Below, piece by piece: positions 49,970 through 59,092 of a stretch of DNA of 64,000 nucleotides; within the stretch, counting starts at the first letter, position 1, and each line of letters starts with the position of its first letter. Under the pieces are notes generated by a model, which saw only the letters and a program-made list of their open reading frames with translations, did no database searches and was not told the DNA's origin. The position numbers and the translations under genes are program-made. Source of the DNA: Acidimicrobiales bacterium (GTDB lineage: Bacteria > Actinomycetota > Acidimicrobiia > Acidimicrobiales > CATQHL01). The stretch is from assembly GCA_965209115.1 (NCBI GenBank), contig CBDBQD010000001.1, positions 1,122,071 through 1,186,070 of the forward strand. The letters run 5' to 3'.

Positions 49970-51796
49970 GTGACACAGACACTTCCCGCTCCCGAGGGCA
50001 CCGCCGGAGAGGCGCCCGCGCCCGCCATCGACGAGGTGGATCAGATCACCCTGCAGGTGGCCAACAACTTCCTCGTCACGACCGCGCGCGAGATGGGCAT
50101 CGCCATGCGCAACACGGCCTACTCGCCGCTGTTCAACGAGGGTCTGGACTTCTCCTGCGCCATCTTCGACGCCGGCGGCGAGATGATCGCGCAGGCCGAG
50201 TTCTGCCCCGCGCAGCTCGGCGCCATCCTCTTCGTCGTCGAGTGGACGATCAACGAGGTCGGCACCGAGAACTTCAACCCCGAGGACGTGGTGTTCCACA
50301 ACGACCCGTTCCGGGGCGGCTGCCACCTGCCGGAGTACTGCGTGATCAAGCCGGTGTTCTACGACGACGAGTTGGTGGGCTTCGTGTCCTGCATCGGGCA
50401 CATGACCGAGGTGGGTGGCAAGGTGCCCGGCGGCTTCGCCGGCGACGCCACCGAGGTGTTCCAGGAGGGGCTGCGCATCCCGCCGCTGAAGATCGTGGAC
50501 CGCGGCGAGGACGTGGAGGCCATCTGGAACATCATCATGGCCAACGTCCGCACGCCGCGGATGTCCTACGGCGACCTGAAGTCGATGATCGGGTCGCTGT
50601 ACGTGGGGGAGCGGCGGGTGCTGGAACTCGTCGACAAGCACGGTCCGGAGCGGTTCGCGGTCCTCGGCAGGGCCATCAAGGACTACTCCGAGCGCCGCAT
50701 GCGCGCCGAGATCTCCGAGATGCCCGACGGCGTCTACGACTTCTCCGACATCGTCATCGACAACGACGGCGTGACCGAGGAGTCCTCGCTGCTGCAGGTG
50801 CGGGTCACCATCGCCGGAGACAGCATGACCGTGGACTACACCGGCAGCGGCGAGCAGCGGCTGGGACCGGTGAACTGCACCTACGGCGTCACGGCGTCGG
50901 CCACCTACAACGCCTTGCTGCACCTCACCGACCACTCCATCCCGTCCAACCACGGGTGCTTCCGGCCCGTGCGCATCATCGCCCCGTACGGGACCATCGT
51001 GAACGTGGCGTATCCGGGCGCCAGCGTGGGCGGCAACTCCGAGATTCACCCGCACCTGGTGATGGCCATCTACGGAGCGCTGGCCGACGCCCTGCCCGAG
51101 CGGGTGTCGGCGCACGACGGCGGCACCTCGGCACTGGTCGGCATCGGCGGCCACCACCCCGACACGGGTGAGATCTTCGCCAACCTCACCAACGAGGGCT
51201 GTGGCTGGGGTGGCCGCGCCACCAAGGACGGTAACAGTGCTTGCTGCATCCCCAACGGCAACTGCGCCCTGCAGCCCGTGGAGATCCTGGAGACCCGCTA
51301 CCCGATCCTGCACGAGGCGCTCGCCATCCACGAGGGCTCAGCGGGCGCCGGCCGCAACCGCGGCGGGTTCGGCTACTACCGCCAGTTCAGGGTGCTCGGC
51401 GACTACCTGCGGGTCTCGTGCTTCATCGAGAAGGAGAAGACCCGCCCGTGGGGGCTATTCGACGGTGATTCCGGCAAGACCGCCGCCATGTTGGTGCAGC
51501 GCAGCAGCGACGAGGACTGGACCACGTTCACCGAGGCGTTCGGAGTGGCCTGCAACGGGAAGTTCTCCGACGTGCGCCTGCAGGCGGGCGACCGGATCCG
51601 CACCGTGACCTCCGGAGGCGGCGGCTATGGAGACCCGCTGGACCGGGACACGGATCGCGTGGCCGAAGACGTCCGCCAGGGGTTCATCAGCCCTGCCATG
51701 GCTGCGGAGGAGTACGGCGTGGTCTGCGCCGCCGACGGGAGCGTGGACGAGTCGGCGACCGCCGCACTCCGGACGGAGTTGCGGACGGGCTCGTGA
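49970..51796 (+). CDS. Hydantoinase B/oxoprolinase family protein (HyuB-like)
   Basis: AGGAG 6 nt upstream of the GTG. 608 aa with typical HyuB regions (NDPFRGGCHLPE, GGGGYGDPLDRD). Confidence 0.9.
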   Translation: MTQTLPAPEGTAGEAPAPAIDEVDQITLQVANNFLVTTAREMGIAMRNTAYSPLFNEGLDFSCAIFDAGGEMIAQAEFCPAQLGAILFVVEWTINEVGTENFNPEDVVFHNDPFRGGCHLPEYCVIKPVFYDDELVGFVSCIGHMTEVGGKVPGGFAGDATEVFQEGLRIPPLKIVDRGEDVEAIWNIIMANVRTPRMSYGDLKSMIGSLYVGERRVLELVDKHGPERFAVLGRAIKDYSERRMRAEISEMPDGVYDFSDIVIDNDGVTEESSLLQVRVTIAGDSMTVDYTGSGEQRLGPVNCTYGVTASATYNALLHLTDHSIPSNHGCFRPVRIIAPYGTIVNVAYPGASVGGNSEIHPHLVMAIYGALADALPERVSAHDGGTSALVGIGGHHPDTGEIFANLTNEGCGWGGRATKDGNSACCIPNGNCALQPVEILETRYPILHEALAIHEGSAGAGRNRGGFGYYRQFRVLGDYLRVSCFIEKEKTRPWGLFDGDSGKTAAMLVQRSSDEDWTTFTEAFGVACNGKFSDVRLQAGDRIRTVTSGGGGYGDPLDRDTDRVAEDVRQGFISPAMAAEEYGVVCAADGSVDESATAALRTELRTGS

Positions 51797-52554
51797 GCGG
51801 CGACCGGGTCGCCCTGGTGACCGGGGCGAGCAGGGGCATCGGCCGGGCCATCGCTGAGGCATTGGCGAACGCCGGGTACGCCGTCGGCATTTGCGCTCGT
51901 TTGGAGGGAATCGGCGAAGTGGCCGCCGAGCTGCGCGAGGCCGGGGCGACCGCGGAGTCTTGGCGGGTCGATGTCACCGACTCCCTGGGGCTGAGGCGCT
52001 TCGTCGACGGAGCGGCCGAGCGGTTCGGCCGCATCGACGTGCTCGTGAACAACGCCGGCATGAATCGTGCCGGCTACATCCGCGAGGTGTTTGCGAACGA
52101 GGTCGACGCCATGTTCGCCGTCAATGCGCGCGCCCCGCTGGTGGCCATGCAGGCGGTCGTTCCACACATGGCCGCGGCCGGCGGCGGGCGCATCGTCAAC
52201 ATCGCCTCGTGGGTGGCGCGCTCACCCCGGCCCGGGTTCGTGGCGTACTCGGCCTCCAAGGCCGCTCTGGTGGCGCTGACCCAAGGTGCGGCTCTGGAGT
52301 TCGCCGACAGCGCCATCACGGTCAATGCGGTCTGTCCCGGCAACGTTCTCACCGACATCTGGGAGACGTGCATCGCCGGCACGTCGCTCGAGGACGGCAC
52401 CGACGTCGAGACGCTGTACGCCGAGTCCGTCGCCGCCCAGCCCATCAAGCGAGGCGTGACCGCCGGGGAGGTCGCCGGGGCCGTGCTGTTCCTGTGCAGC
52501 GACGCGGCGGCGAGCATCACCGGCGAGGCCCTGACCGTGGCAAGCGGGCTCTGA
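51793..52554 (+). CDS. SDR family oxidoreductase (FabG-like)
   Basis: GTGA overlap with HyuB. VTGASRGIGRA, and YSASKAAL. Confidence 0.85.
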   Translation: MSGDRVALVTGASRGIGRAIAEALANAGYAVGICARLEGIGEVAAELREAGATAESWRVDVTDSLGLRRFVDGAAERFGRIDVLVNNAGMNRAGYIREVFANEVDAMFAVNARAPLVAMQAVVPHMAAAGGGRIVNIASWVARSPRPGFVAYSASKAALVALTQGAALEFADSAITVNAVCPGNVLTDIWETCIAGTSLEDGTDVETLYAESVAAQPIKRGVTAGEVAGAVLFLCSDAAASITGEALTVASGL

Positions 52555-52606
52555 GCCGGCTGGGCGGGGATTCCGGAAGGCTGCCGAGTGAAGCCGCGAA
52601 CTGTTT

Positions 52607-52677
52607 CCGTCATCCCGGCGGAGGCCCCCGTCATCCCGGCGAAGGCCCCCGTCATCCCGGCGAAGGCCGGGATCCAT
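52607..52677 (+). repeat. Tandem array of 3 CCGTCATCCCGGCG half-sites (period 21 bp) ending in the full hairpin CCCGGC-GAAG-GCCGGG + ATCCAT
   Basis: Read directly. Lies 53 bp after the SDR stop. Same architecture as 16415-16525. Confidence 0.9.
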
Positions 52678-52747
52678 TGGCCGGCGGTCCGTGCCGCATT
52701 GCTGACGGCTGTTCCGGCGCGGATCCGATCGAGGGGGAGGAGCACTC

Positions 52748-54781
52748 GTGTCGAATGATCGACCCACAACGCTGATCGGGGTGACGTCCGGCTTCGGTCG
52801 ACTCACCTTCGACCCGGACACGGGAAGCGTCGAGGTCGAAGGGCTCGGCGCGCTGGACGTCGGGGTGTCGGTGAACGGGTCCCGGCTGCGCCACGTGCGC
52901 ACCGAGACGCCGATCCAGAGCCCGCTGATGGGTCGCATCGTCCAGCACCTCGCCGGGGACGGTGTGACGGCGCGCCTGTGCTGGGACGCCCACACCACCG
53001 GGAATCTCCACCTGTACGTCAGCGTCTGCGCCGATCGCTCGCTCCGACTCGACAGCGTCGAGATGCCCCGGGTGGCGCTGGGCTCCGGTGCCACCGGCGC
53101 GGCGGTCGACCGCGCTGACGCTTCGGGGGTGTTGCTGGGGGATTCCACCGTCGTCGGCGTGGCGGTCAAGAAGTACCCGTGGCTCGCCTCCTGGAACGAT
53201 GTGGGCGCCCATGGCCATCGCACGCTCGCCGACAGCGTGCTCGCGGCCGGCCCCGATGGTGACGCACTGGCTGTGACGACGGCGTTCCCGGTCGAGATGT
53301 CGGCCGGCCAGACCCTGGAGGCAGGCATCTTCCTGCGTCTCGGGCCCGCCGACAGCGAGGAGTTCCGTTCCGCGCTGCGTCACGAGGTGCGCTACGACCA
53401 CCGTGACGAGGTCCGGTACATTCCCGAAGGCGAGTTCGCCGAGCAGCGGGTCTGGGAGATCGAGGATCGCTGGCTGGGGCCGCCGATCACCGAGGGCGCC
53501 CTGCATCGTCCCTACGACCAGCTCATCACCCGGCCGCTCGGTTTGAACGTGCTGGCTCGCCGCCGCTTCACTTGGAGCAACGAGGACTTCTCTCTCTGGC
53601 GCCTCACCGGCAAGGAGCACTACCGCGACTCGGGAATCAAGAAGGCGTTCGCTCTGATCGACACGCAGAACCGCCACGGGGGCTGGTACGAGGGGGTCGA
53701 ATTCATGAACCTCCCACCGAAGCATCACCACATGTACGACACCTACATCTCGGGCATGTTCCTGCTCGACGCCTACGACGCCACCGGCTACGACGGTTTC
53801 CTGCAGGCGGCCGAGCGGGCCGTGCACTTCTGGGTGTCGAACCCGCCGCCTGCCAACGGCCACGTGGAGGTTGCCGACGGGGCCTGGTGGTACCGCTGGG
53901 GCGGCTACATCAACGAGTTCGGCTACACCGACGAGCGCTGCGTCCTGAACACCCACTCCGGCGCCACCGCCTTCCTGGCCATGTACGCAGAGCGGACCGG
54001 CGACCCGGACGCCCGCCGCGGTGCCGAGGCCGGCCTGAAGGCGATGCGCTGGGGCTTGGAGCGGGGCATCCAGCGCGGTGACGGTCAGTTCCTCTACTGC
54101 CTCAGCCAGATCGACCCCACACTGGAGCGTCCGGGCGACCCGCCGTACATCAGGCTCGACTTGGTGCCGCAGATCGAGGACGTCTACACGGTGGCGTCCA
54201 GCTACAGGCTGATGATGGCGCTGCGCAGCATCCCCGATCCGGTCGTCACCGCCGCCATCGGGCGGGCCCTGGACTACTGGTGGGTGGGCCACCGTGCCGG
54301 AACGGTCTATACGTACCGCGCCTACTCGGCCATCGCCTTCGGCGTGGCTGCGGGGGAGATCGACATGCGTTACGCCATGGCGCTGCCGGAGATCCTGCGC
54401 GACCGCGAGCAGTTCACGTCCATGCAGCGCGGCCTGTCCTCGTTCATCGCCCCGCACGGGTTGCCGATGCCCTACGTCCGGGCGCGCGGGCGGCCCGGCC
54501 GGTTCGTCGAGCCGGTCTTCGTGCGCCGCCGCCGCGGCGAGTGCCTGTTCGCGCTGGTCAACACCGAGCAGCCGATGCGCAACATCCCCATCGAGGTCGG
54601 CCTGCCTGCGGGCATCTCGCTGCGGGGCGCCTCACTCATCGACCCCGCGGCTGCCCCCATCACCGAGGTTCCGACATCCTGGGTATCCGGAGGCGAGCGG
54701 ACCGCCATCGTGGGCGTGGAGGAGCTGCAGGAGTTCGCCTTGGTGGTCGTGCGCCTGGAACTCGACGAGCCCGATGGCTGA
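52748..54781 (+). CDS. Large uncharacterised protein, possibly alpha/alpha-toroid (glucuronyl C5-epimerase / heparinase-like C-terminal half)
   Basis: GGGGGAGGAG upstream of the GTG. 677 aa with a strong coding signal. The only weak family hint is RCVLNTHSGATAFLAMYAERTGDPDA. Confidence 0.6.
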   Translation: MSNDRPTTLIGVTSGFGRLTFDPDTGSVEVEGLGALDVGVSVNGSRLRHVRTETPIQSPLMGRIVQHLAGDGVTARLCWDAHTTGNLHLYVSVCADRSLRLDSVEMPRVALGSGATGAAVDRADASGVLLGDSTVVGVAVKKYPWLASWNDVGAHGHRTLADSVLAAGPDGDALAVTTAFPVEMSAGQTLEAGIFLRLGPADSEEFRSALRHEVRYDHRDEVRYIPEGEFAEQRVWEIEDRWLGPPITEGALHRPYDQLITRPLGLNVLARRRFTWSNEDFSLWRLTGKEHYRDSGIKKAFALIDTQNRHGGWYEGVEFMNLPPKHHHMYDTYISGMFLLDAYDATGYDGFLQAAERAVHFWVSNPPPANGHVEVADGAWWYRWGGYINEFGYTDERCVLNTHSGATAFLAMYAERTGDPDARRGAEAGLKAMRWGLERGIQRGDGQFLYCLSQIDPTLERPGDPPYIRLDLVPQIEDVYTVASSYRLMMALRSIPDPVVTAAIGRALDYWWVGHRAGTVYTYRAYSAIAFGVAAGEIDMRYAMALPEILRDREQFTSMQRGLSSFIAPHGLPMPYVRARGRPGRFVEPVFVRRRRGECLFALVNTEQPMRNIPIEVGLPAGISLRGASLIDPAAAPITEVPTSWVSGGERTAIVGVEELQEFALVVVRLELDEPDG

Positions 54782-55841
54782 CGCATCCACCGCAGCGGGC
54801 TCGGCGTCCGGGGGAGCCGTGGTCGTCGCAGGAGCCTCCTTCCCCAGCCTCGAGGTCGAGCGCTCGTTCCTGGAGCCGCTGGGCTGCACTGTCGTCGACA
54901 AGCGCTTCGCCGCCGACCCCGAGGTGCTGGAGGTCTGCCGGGAAGCGGTGGCGGTGATGACCGACTACTTCGTCTGCGACGCGGCGCGCATCGCCACCTT
55001 CGAGCGCTGCAAGGTGATCTGCCAGTACGGCGCCGGCCTGAACCAGGTGGACGTGGCGGCCGCCACGGCCGCGGGCATCTACGTCACCCACACCCCCGAC
55101 TACTGCAGCGAGGAGCTCGGCGACCACACGATGGCGCTGATCCTGGCCTCGATGCGGCGCATCGTGCGCTTCGACCGGAACATCCGGGCCGGACGCTGGG
55201 ACTACAACGACGGTATGCCGATGCGCCGCCTGGCGAACTGCACCCTCGGGCTCGTGGGCTTCGGCAGGGCGGCGCGGGCGGTGGCGGTGCGTGCCCAGGG
55301 GTTCGGGATGACGGTCATCGCGCACGATCCGCTCGTCGATGACACCACGTTCGCGGCCGCCGGTGTGGCGCGCGCCGGCGAACTCGCCGACCTGCTGGCC
55401 ACCGCGGAGGTGGTCAGTGTCCACGTCCCGCTCGTGCAGTCCACGCGGCACCTCATCGGCGCCGAGCAGTTGGCCCTGCTGCGCGATGGGACGTTCCTCG
55501 TGAACACATCCCGTGGCGGGGTCATCGATCAGCGGGCCCTGCACGCCGAGCTGGCCACGGGGCGACTGGGCGGGGTCGGCCTCGACGTGCTCGAGCAGGA
55601 GCCGCCGGCCACCGACGAACCCCTCCTGTCGTGCGAGGATGCCGTGCTCACACCCCATACCGCGTTCCTGTCGGTCGAATCGCTGGAACTCGTGCAGACA
55701 CGCGCCGGCTCCGAGGTGGCGCGCGTGCTCACCGGCGAGGCGCCGGTCTACGGCGTGAACGTCGCGGGCGTCCGCGACGGCAGGACCGGCGACGGAGCAG
55801 CAGGCCCCGACGACGTGGCTCTATTCTGGCGAGAGAACTGA
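54774..55841 (+). CDS. D-isomer-specific 2-hydroxyacid dehydrogenase family protein
   Basis: 8-nt overlap with the previous gene. NAD motif GLVGFGRAARAVA, plus NTSRG, DVLEQEP and TPHTAF. Confidence 0.85.
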   Translation: MADASTAAGSASGGAVVVAGASFPSLEVERSFLEPLGCTVVDKRFAADPEVLEVCREAVAVMTDYFVCDAARIATFERCKVICQYGAGLNQVDVAAATAAGIYVTHTPDYCSEELGDHTMALILASMRRIVRFDRNIRAGRWDYNDGMPMRRLANCTLGLVGFGRAARAVAVRAQGFGMTVIAHDPLVDDTTFAAAGVARAGELADLLATAEVVSVHVPLVQSTRHLIGAEQLALLRDGTFLVNTSRGGVIDQRALHAELATGRLGGVGLDVLEQEPPATDEPLLSCEDAVLTPHTAFLSVESLELVQTRAGSEVARVLTGEAPVYGVNVAGVRDGRTGDGAAGPDDVALFWREN

Positions 55842-55854
55842 TCTGGAGAACGCA

Positions 55855-57021
55855 ATGGGCGCAATCACCCTTGACCACTGCACGAAGGTGTACCCGAACG
55901 GGGTGCGCGCCGTGGACGACCTGTCGTTGCAGATCAACGACGGCGAGTTCATGGTTCTCGTGGGCCCGTCGGGCTGCGGCAAGTCCACGATGTTGCGCAT
56001 GATCGCCGGGCTGGAGGAGGTCACCGAGGGGACCATCACCATTGGGGATCGGGACGTGACCGATCTGGCGCCGCCCGAGCGCGACATCGCCATGGTGTTC
56101 CAGAACTACGCCCTCTACCCGCACATGTCGGTGCGGGAGAACCTCGGCTTCGGGTTGCGGATGCGCAAGGTCTCCAAGGCTCAGCGCGCCGAGCAGGTGA
56201 ACGCCGTGGCGCGGACGCTGGGCCTCGGCGAGTTGCTGGATCGCAAGCCGGCGGCACTCTCCGGCGGGCAGCGCCAGCGGGTGGCGATGGGGCGGGCAAT
56301 GGTCCGTGAGCCCGCGGCCTTCCTGATGGACGAGCCGCTGTCGAATCTCGACGCCAAGTTGCGGGTGGCGATGCGCTCGGAGTTGGTGCGCCTGCACGGC
56401 CGGTTGCAGACCACGTCGCTGTTCGTGACCCACGACCAGACCGAGGCGATGACGTTGGGCCAGCGGGTGGCGGTGCTGCGGGACGGGGTGTTGCAGCAGT
56501 GCGACACGCCCCAGCAGCTCTTCAGCGACCCCGTGAACCTGTTCGTGGGCGCCTTCATCGGCTCGCCGAGCATGAACTTCGTGGAGGCCGCCGTCGCCGG
56601 TGACAGTGTCGTCTTCCCCGGCCTGCAGATGCCTCTGCCAGCCGATTCACCGCTGCGGAGCCAGGAGCGGTCTGTGATCCTGGGCATCCGACCCACCGAC
56701 TTCGCCCACAGCGACGACGCGGCGACAGACCTGCCGCGGATGCGGGTGGTGCCCTCGGTGGTGGAGGAGTTGGGCGCCGAGACCTATGTGGTGTTCACCA
56801 TCGAGGCTCCCCGCGTCGACACCGAGGCGACGCGCGCCGCCGCGGAGGCCGAACGCACCGACGAGATGACGCTGCTGGCCGACGAGGAGGGGGCGGTCTT
56901 CACCGCCCGCATCGACCCGCGCCGCGCTCCCCGCGTCGGCGAACCCTTGGAACTGGCCGTCGACAGCGAGCGGGTCCACTTCTTCGACCCGGACACCGGC
57001 GACGCCATTCGCGCCACCTAG
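55855..57021 (+). CDS. Sugar ABC transporter ATP-binding protein (MalK/UgpC/MsiK-like)
   Basis: GPSGCGKST, LSGGQRQRVA and FLMDEPLSNLD, plus a C-terminal regulatory (TOBE-like) domain. Confidence 0.9.
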   Translation: MGAITLDHCTKVYPNGVRAVDDLSLQINDGEFMVLVGPSGCGKSTMLRMIAGLEEVTEGTITIGDRDVTDLAPPERDIAMVFQNYALYPHMSVRENLGFGLRMRKVSKAQRAEQVNAVARTLGLGELLDRKPAALSGGQRQRVAMGRAMVREPAAFLMDEPLSNLDAKLRVAMRSELVRLHGRLQTTSLFVTHDQTEAMTLGQRVAVLRDGVLQQCDTPQQLFSDPVNLFVGAFIGSPSMNFVEAAVAGDSVVFPGLQMPLPADSPLRSQERSVILGIRPTDFAHSDDAATDLPRMRVVPSVVEELGAETYVVFTIEAPRVDTEATRAAAEAERTDEMTLLADEEGAVFTARIDPRRAPRVGEPLELAVDSERVHFFDPDTGDAIRAT

Positions 57022-57062
57022 CGCCGGCTTCCGTGGTGACGCCCCGGCCAACCGGGGACCGG

Positions 57063-57980
57063 TCAGAAGTCGGGTTCTCGTAGTTCGGCGTAGCCGGCCT
57101 CGGCTTCGAGGGAGCGGCGCCGCCACAGGCCGCCCAGCCAGACGGCGAAGATGGTGAGGACGAACGGGATCATCAGCACGAACTCACGCGGCACGCGCTC
57201 GGTGATGTTGATCTGTGACTGGATGCCGATGGCGTCCGCGAACCCGAAGAACAGCCCGGCGAATGCCGCGCCGATGGGGTGCCAGGCGCCGAAGATGACC
57301 GCCACGAAGGCGATGAAGCCCCGCCCGTTGGTCATGTTCTCGGTGAAGTTGCGGAGCGCGCCGACCGAGAGTTCTGCACCGCCGAGGGCGCACAGCGCGC
57401 CGCCGATGAGCAGTGCCTGCAGCCGCACCATCGATGGGTTCACGCCGGCCGAGCGGGCCGCGAAGGGATACTCGCCCACCGCGGCGAGGCGGAGCCCGAA
57501 ACGGCTCCGGCGCAGCACCACCCAGGCGGCGAGCACGATCACCGGCGTGATCCAGACGAAGATGGAGTGCTCGGAGATGATGACGCCGGCCCCCGAAGTG
57601 CTCCCCGTGACGGGTCGCGGCAGCACGACGTCGGTGAACAGCGAGCCGCGCACGTCGAAGATGGCCCCCAAGGCGTAGGCCGTGCCCCCTAAGCCGATGG
57701 ATGTGAGCCCCAATCCGGCGATGATGACGTTGGCGCCCAGCGGACCGATCACCCACCAGTACAGCGCCGAGAGCAGCAGGCAAACGCCGATGGCGGCCAG
57801 CACCCCGAGTTCCACCGAGCCGGTCGTGTCACCCACGGCCACGGTGGCGAAGGCGCCCGCGATCATCAGTCCCTCCAGCCCCAGGTGGAAGATGCCGGCG
57901 CGGAAGGCGAACACGCCGGCCATGGCGACCAGCACCAGCGGGGCCGCCGAGCGCAGCGTGGTGGCCAGGATCTGTTCCAT
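57063..57980 (-). CDS. ABC transporter permease (BMP/nucleoside-type system, second permease)
   Basis: Start at MEQILATTLRSAAPLVLVAMAG with an ATGA overlap to the upstream gene. Polytopic membrane protein. Confidence 0.85.
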   Translation of the reverse strand: MEQILATTLRSAAPLVLVAMAGVFAFRAGIFHLGLEGLMIAGAFATVAVGDTTGSVELGVLAAIGVCLLLSALYWWVIGPLGANVIIAGLGLTSIGLGGTAYALGAIFDVRGSLFTDVVLPRPVTGSTSGAGVIISEHSIFVWITPVIVLAAWVVLRRSRFGLRLAAVGEYPFAARSAGVNPSMVRLQALLIGGALCALGGAELSVGALRNFTENMTNGRGFIAFVAVIFGAWHPIGAAFAGLFFGFADAIGIQSQINITERVPREFVLMIPFVLTIFAVWLGGLWRRRSLEAEAGYAELREPDF

Positions 57981-59023
57981 CAGCCCGCCTGGGCCTCGGC
58001 CTGTGCGGCCCGTCGCCGCCGCACGGCCCGGAACTTGATGGTGACCAGGAAGGCCACCATGCCGTGCAGCAGCACCAGGGCGGGCGGCGGCAGGTCGGTC
58101 ACGATCGGCAGGAACAGGATGGCCGCCTGCAGGCCGCCGAAGAAGATGGCGGCCACCACCGTGCCCCACACGTTCAACAGGCCGACGAGTGCCACCACGA
58201 CGGCGGTGAAGCCGACCTCGGGCGAGAACCCGGTGACCAGCCGCGCCGCCGGGCCGTAGAGCTCCACGGCGCCGGCCAGCCCGGCCAGCGCTCCCGACAG
58301 GGCGAAGGCACCCAGGCCCACGCGGCGTACGTTGATACCCTGCCAGCGGGCCATCGTGGCGTTGCGTCCCACCAGCGTCATGGTGAGCCCGAAGCGGGTG
58401 CGCTCCAGCACCAGCCAGACGAGCACCGTGACGCCCGCCACCAACAGCAGCACGGTGAGCGACACGCCCGAGCCGCCGGTGAGGCGGAAAGCCTCGGGGA
58501 TGCGCTCGCTGGCAGCGGTCTGGCCGGTGCCCTGCGGGTTGCGCATCGGCCCGGCGGTCAGGTACTGCAGCACCAGAGCGCCGATGAAGCTCATCATCAG
58601 CGTGGTGAGCACCTCGTCGGTCCCGAAACGCACCCGCAGCCAGCCCGGGAACAGCGACCACAGCACCCCGGCGAGCATCGCGGCGAGCGTCCCGCAGAGG
58701 ATCACCAGCCCGGCCGGGCCCTCGCGCCAACCCAGCGAGATGGCCAGCGCCGAGCAGGCCCCCATGTAGAACTGCCCCTGGCCGCCGATGTTGAAGAACC
58801 CGGCCCGGAAGCCGATCACCACGCCGAGCGCGATCAGCAGCAGCGGGATCGCCCAGCGGATCGACGAGGTGGACGCTCCGGTGGCGGTGATGGCGCCCTG
58901 GATGATCCCCGAGAGGACGTCGCCCACGCTGTAGCCGCTGACCCGCAGGATCAGCGCGGTGATCAGGAACGACACGACGACGAGGACCACTGTCGAGGCG
59001 GCGCGCCGCAGCCCGCTGGTCAT
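57980..59023 (-). CDS. ABC transporter permease (BMP/nucleoside-type system, first permease)
   Basis: 347 aa, polytopic. FNIGGQGQFYMGA motif. Confidence 0.85.
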   Translation of the reverse strand: MTSGLRRAASTVVLVVVSFLITALILRVSGYSVGDVLSGIIQGAITATGASTSSIRWAIPLLLIALGVVIGFRAGFFNIGGQGQFYMGACSALAISLGWREGPAGLVILCGTLAAMLAGVLWSLFPGWLRVRFGTDEVLTTLMMSFIGALVLQYLTAGPMRNPQGTGQTAASERIPEAFRLTGGSGVSLTVLLLVAGVTVLVWLVLERTRFGLTMTLVGRNATMARWQGINVRRVGLGAFALSGALAGLAGAVELYGPAARLVTGFSPEVGFTAVVVALVGLLNVWGTVVAAIFFGGLQAAILFLPIVTDLPPPALVLLHGMVAFLVTIKFRAVRRRRAAQAEAQAG

Positions 59024-59092
59024 CGCACGGCCCCTGTCATGACCTCACCGGCGACGTCGGCGCCGCGCCGGCGGCCCTCAGTTGGCCGCCGG

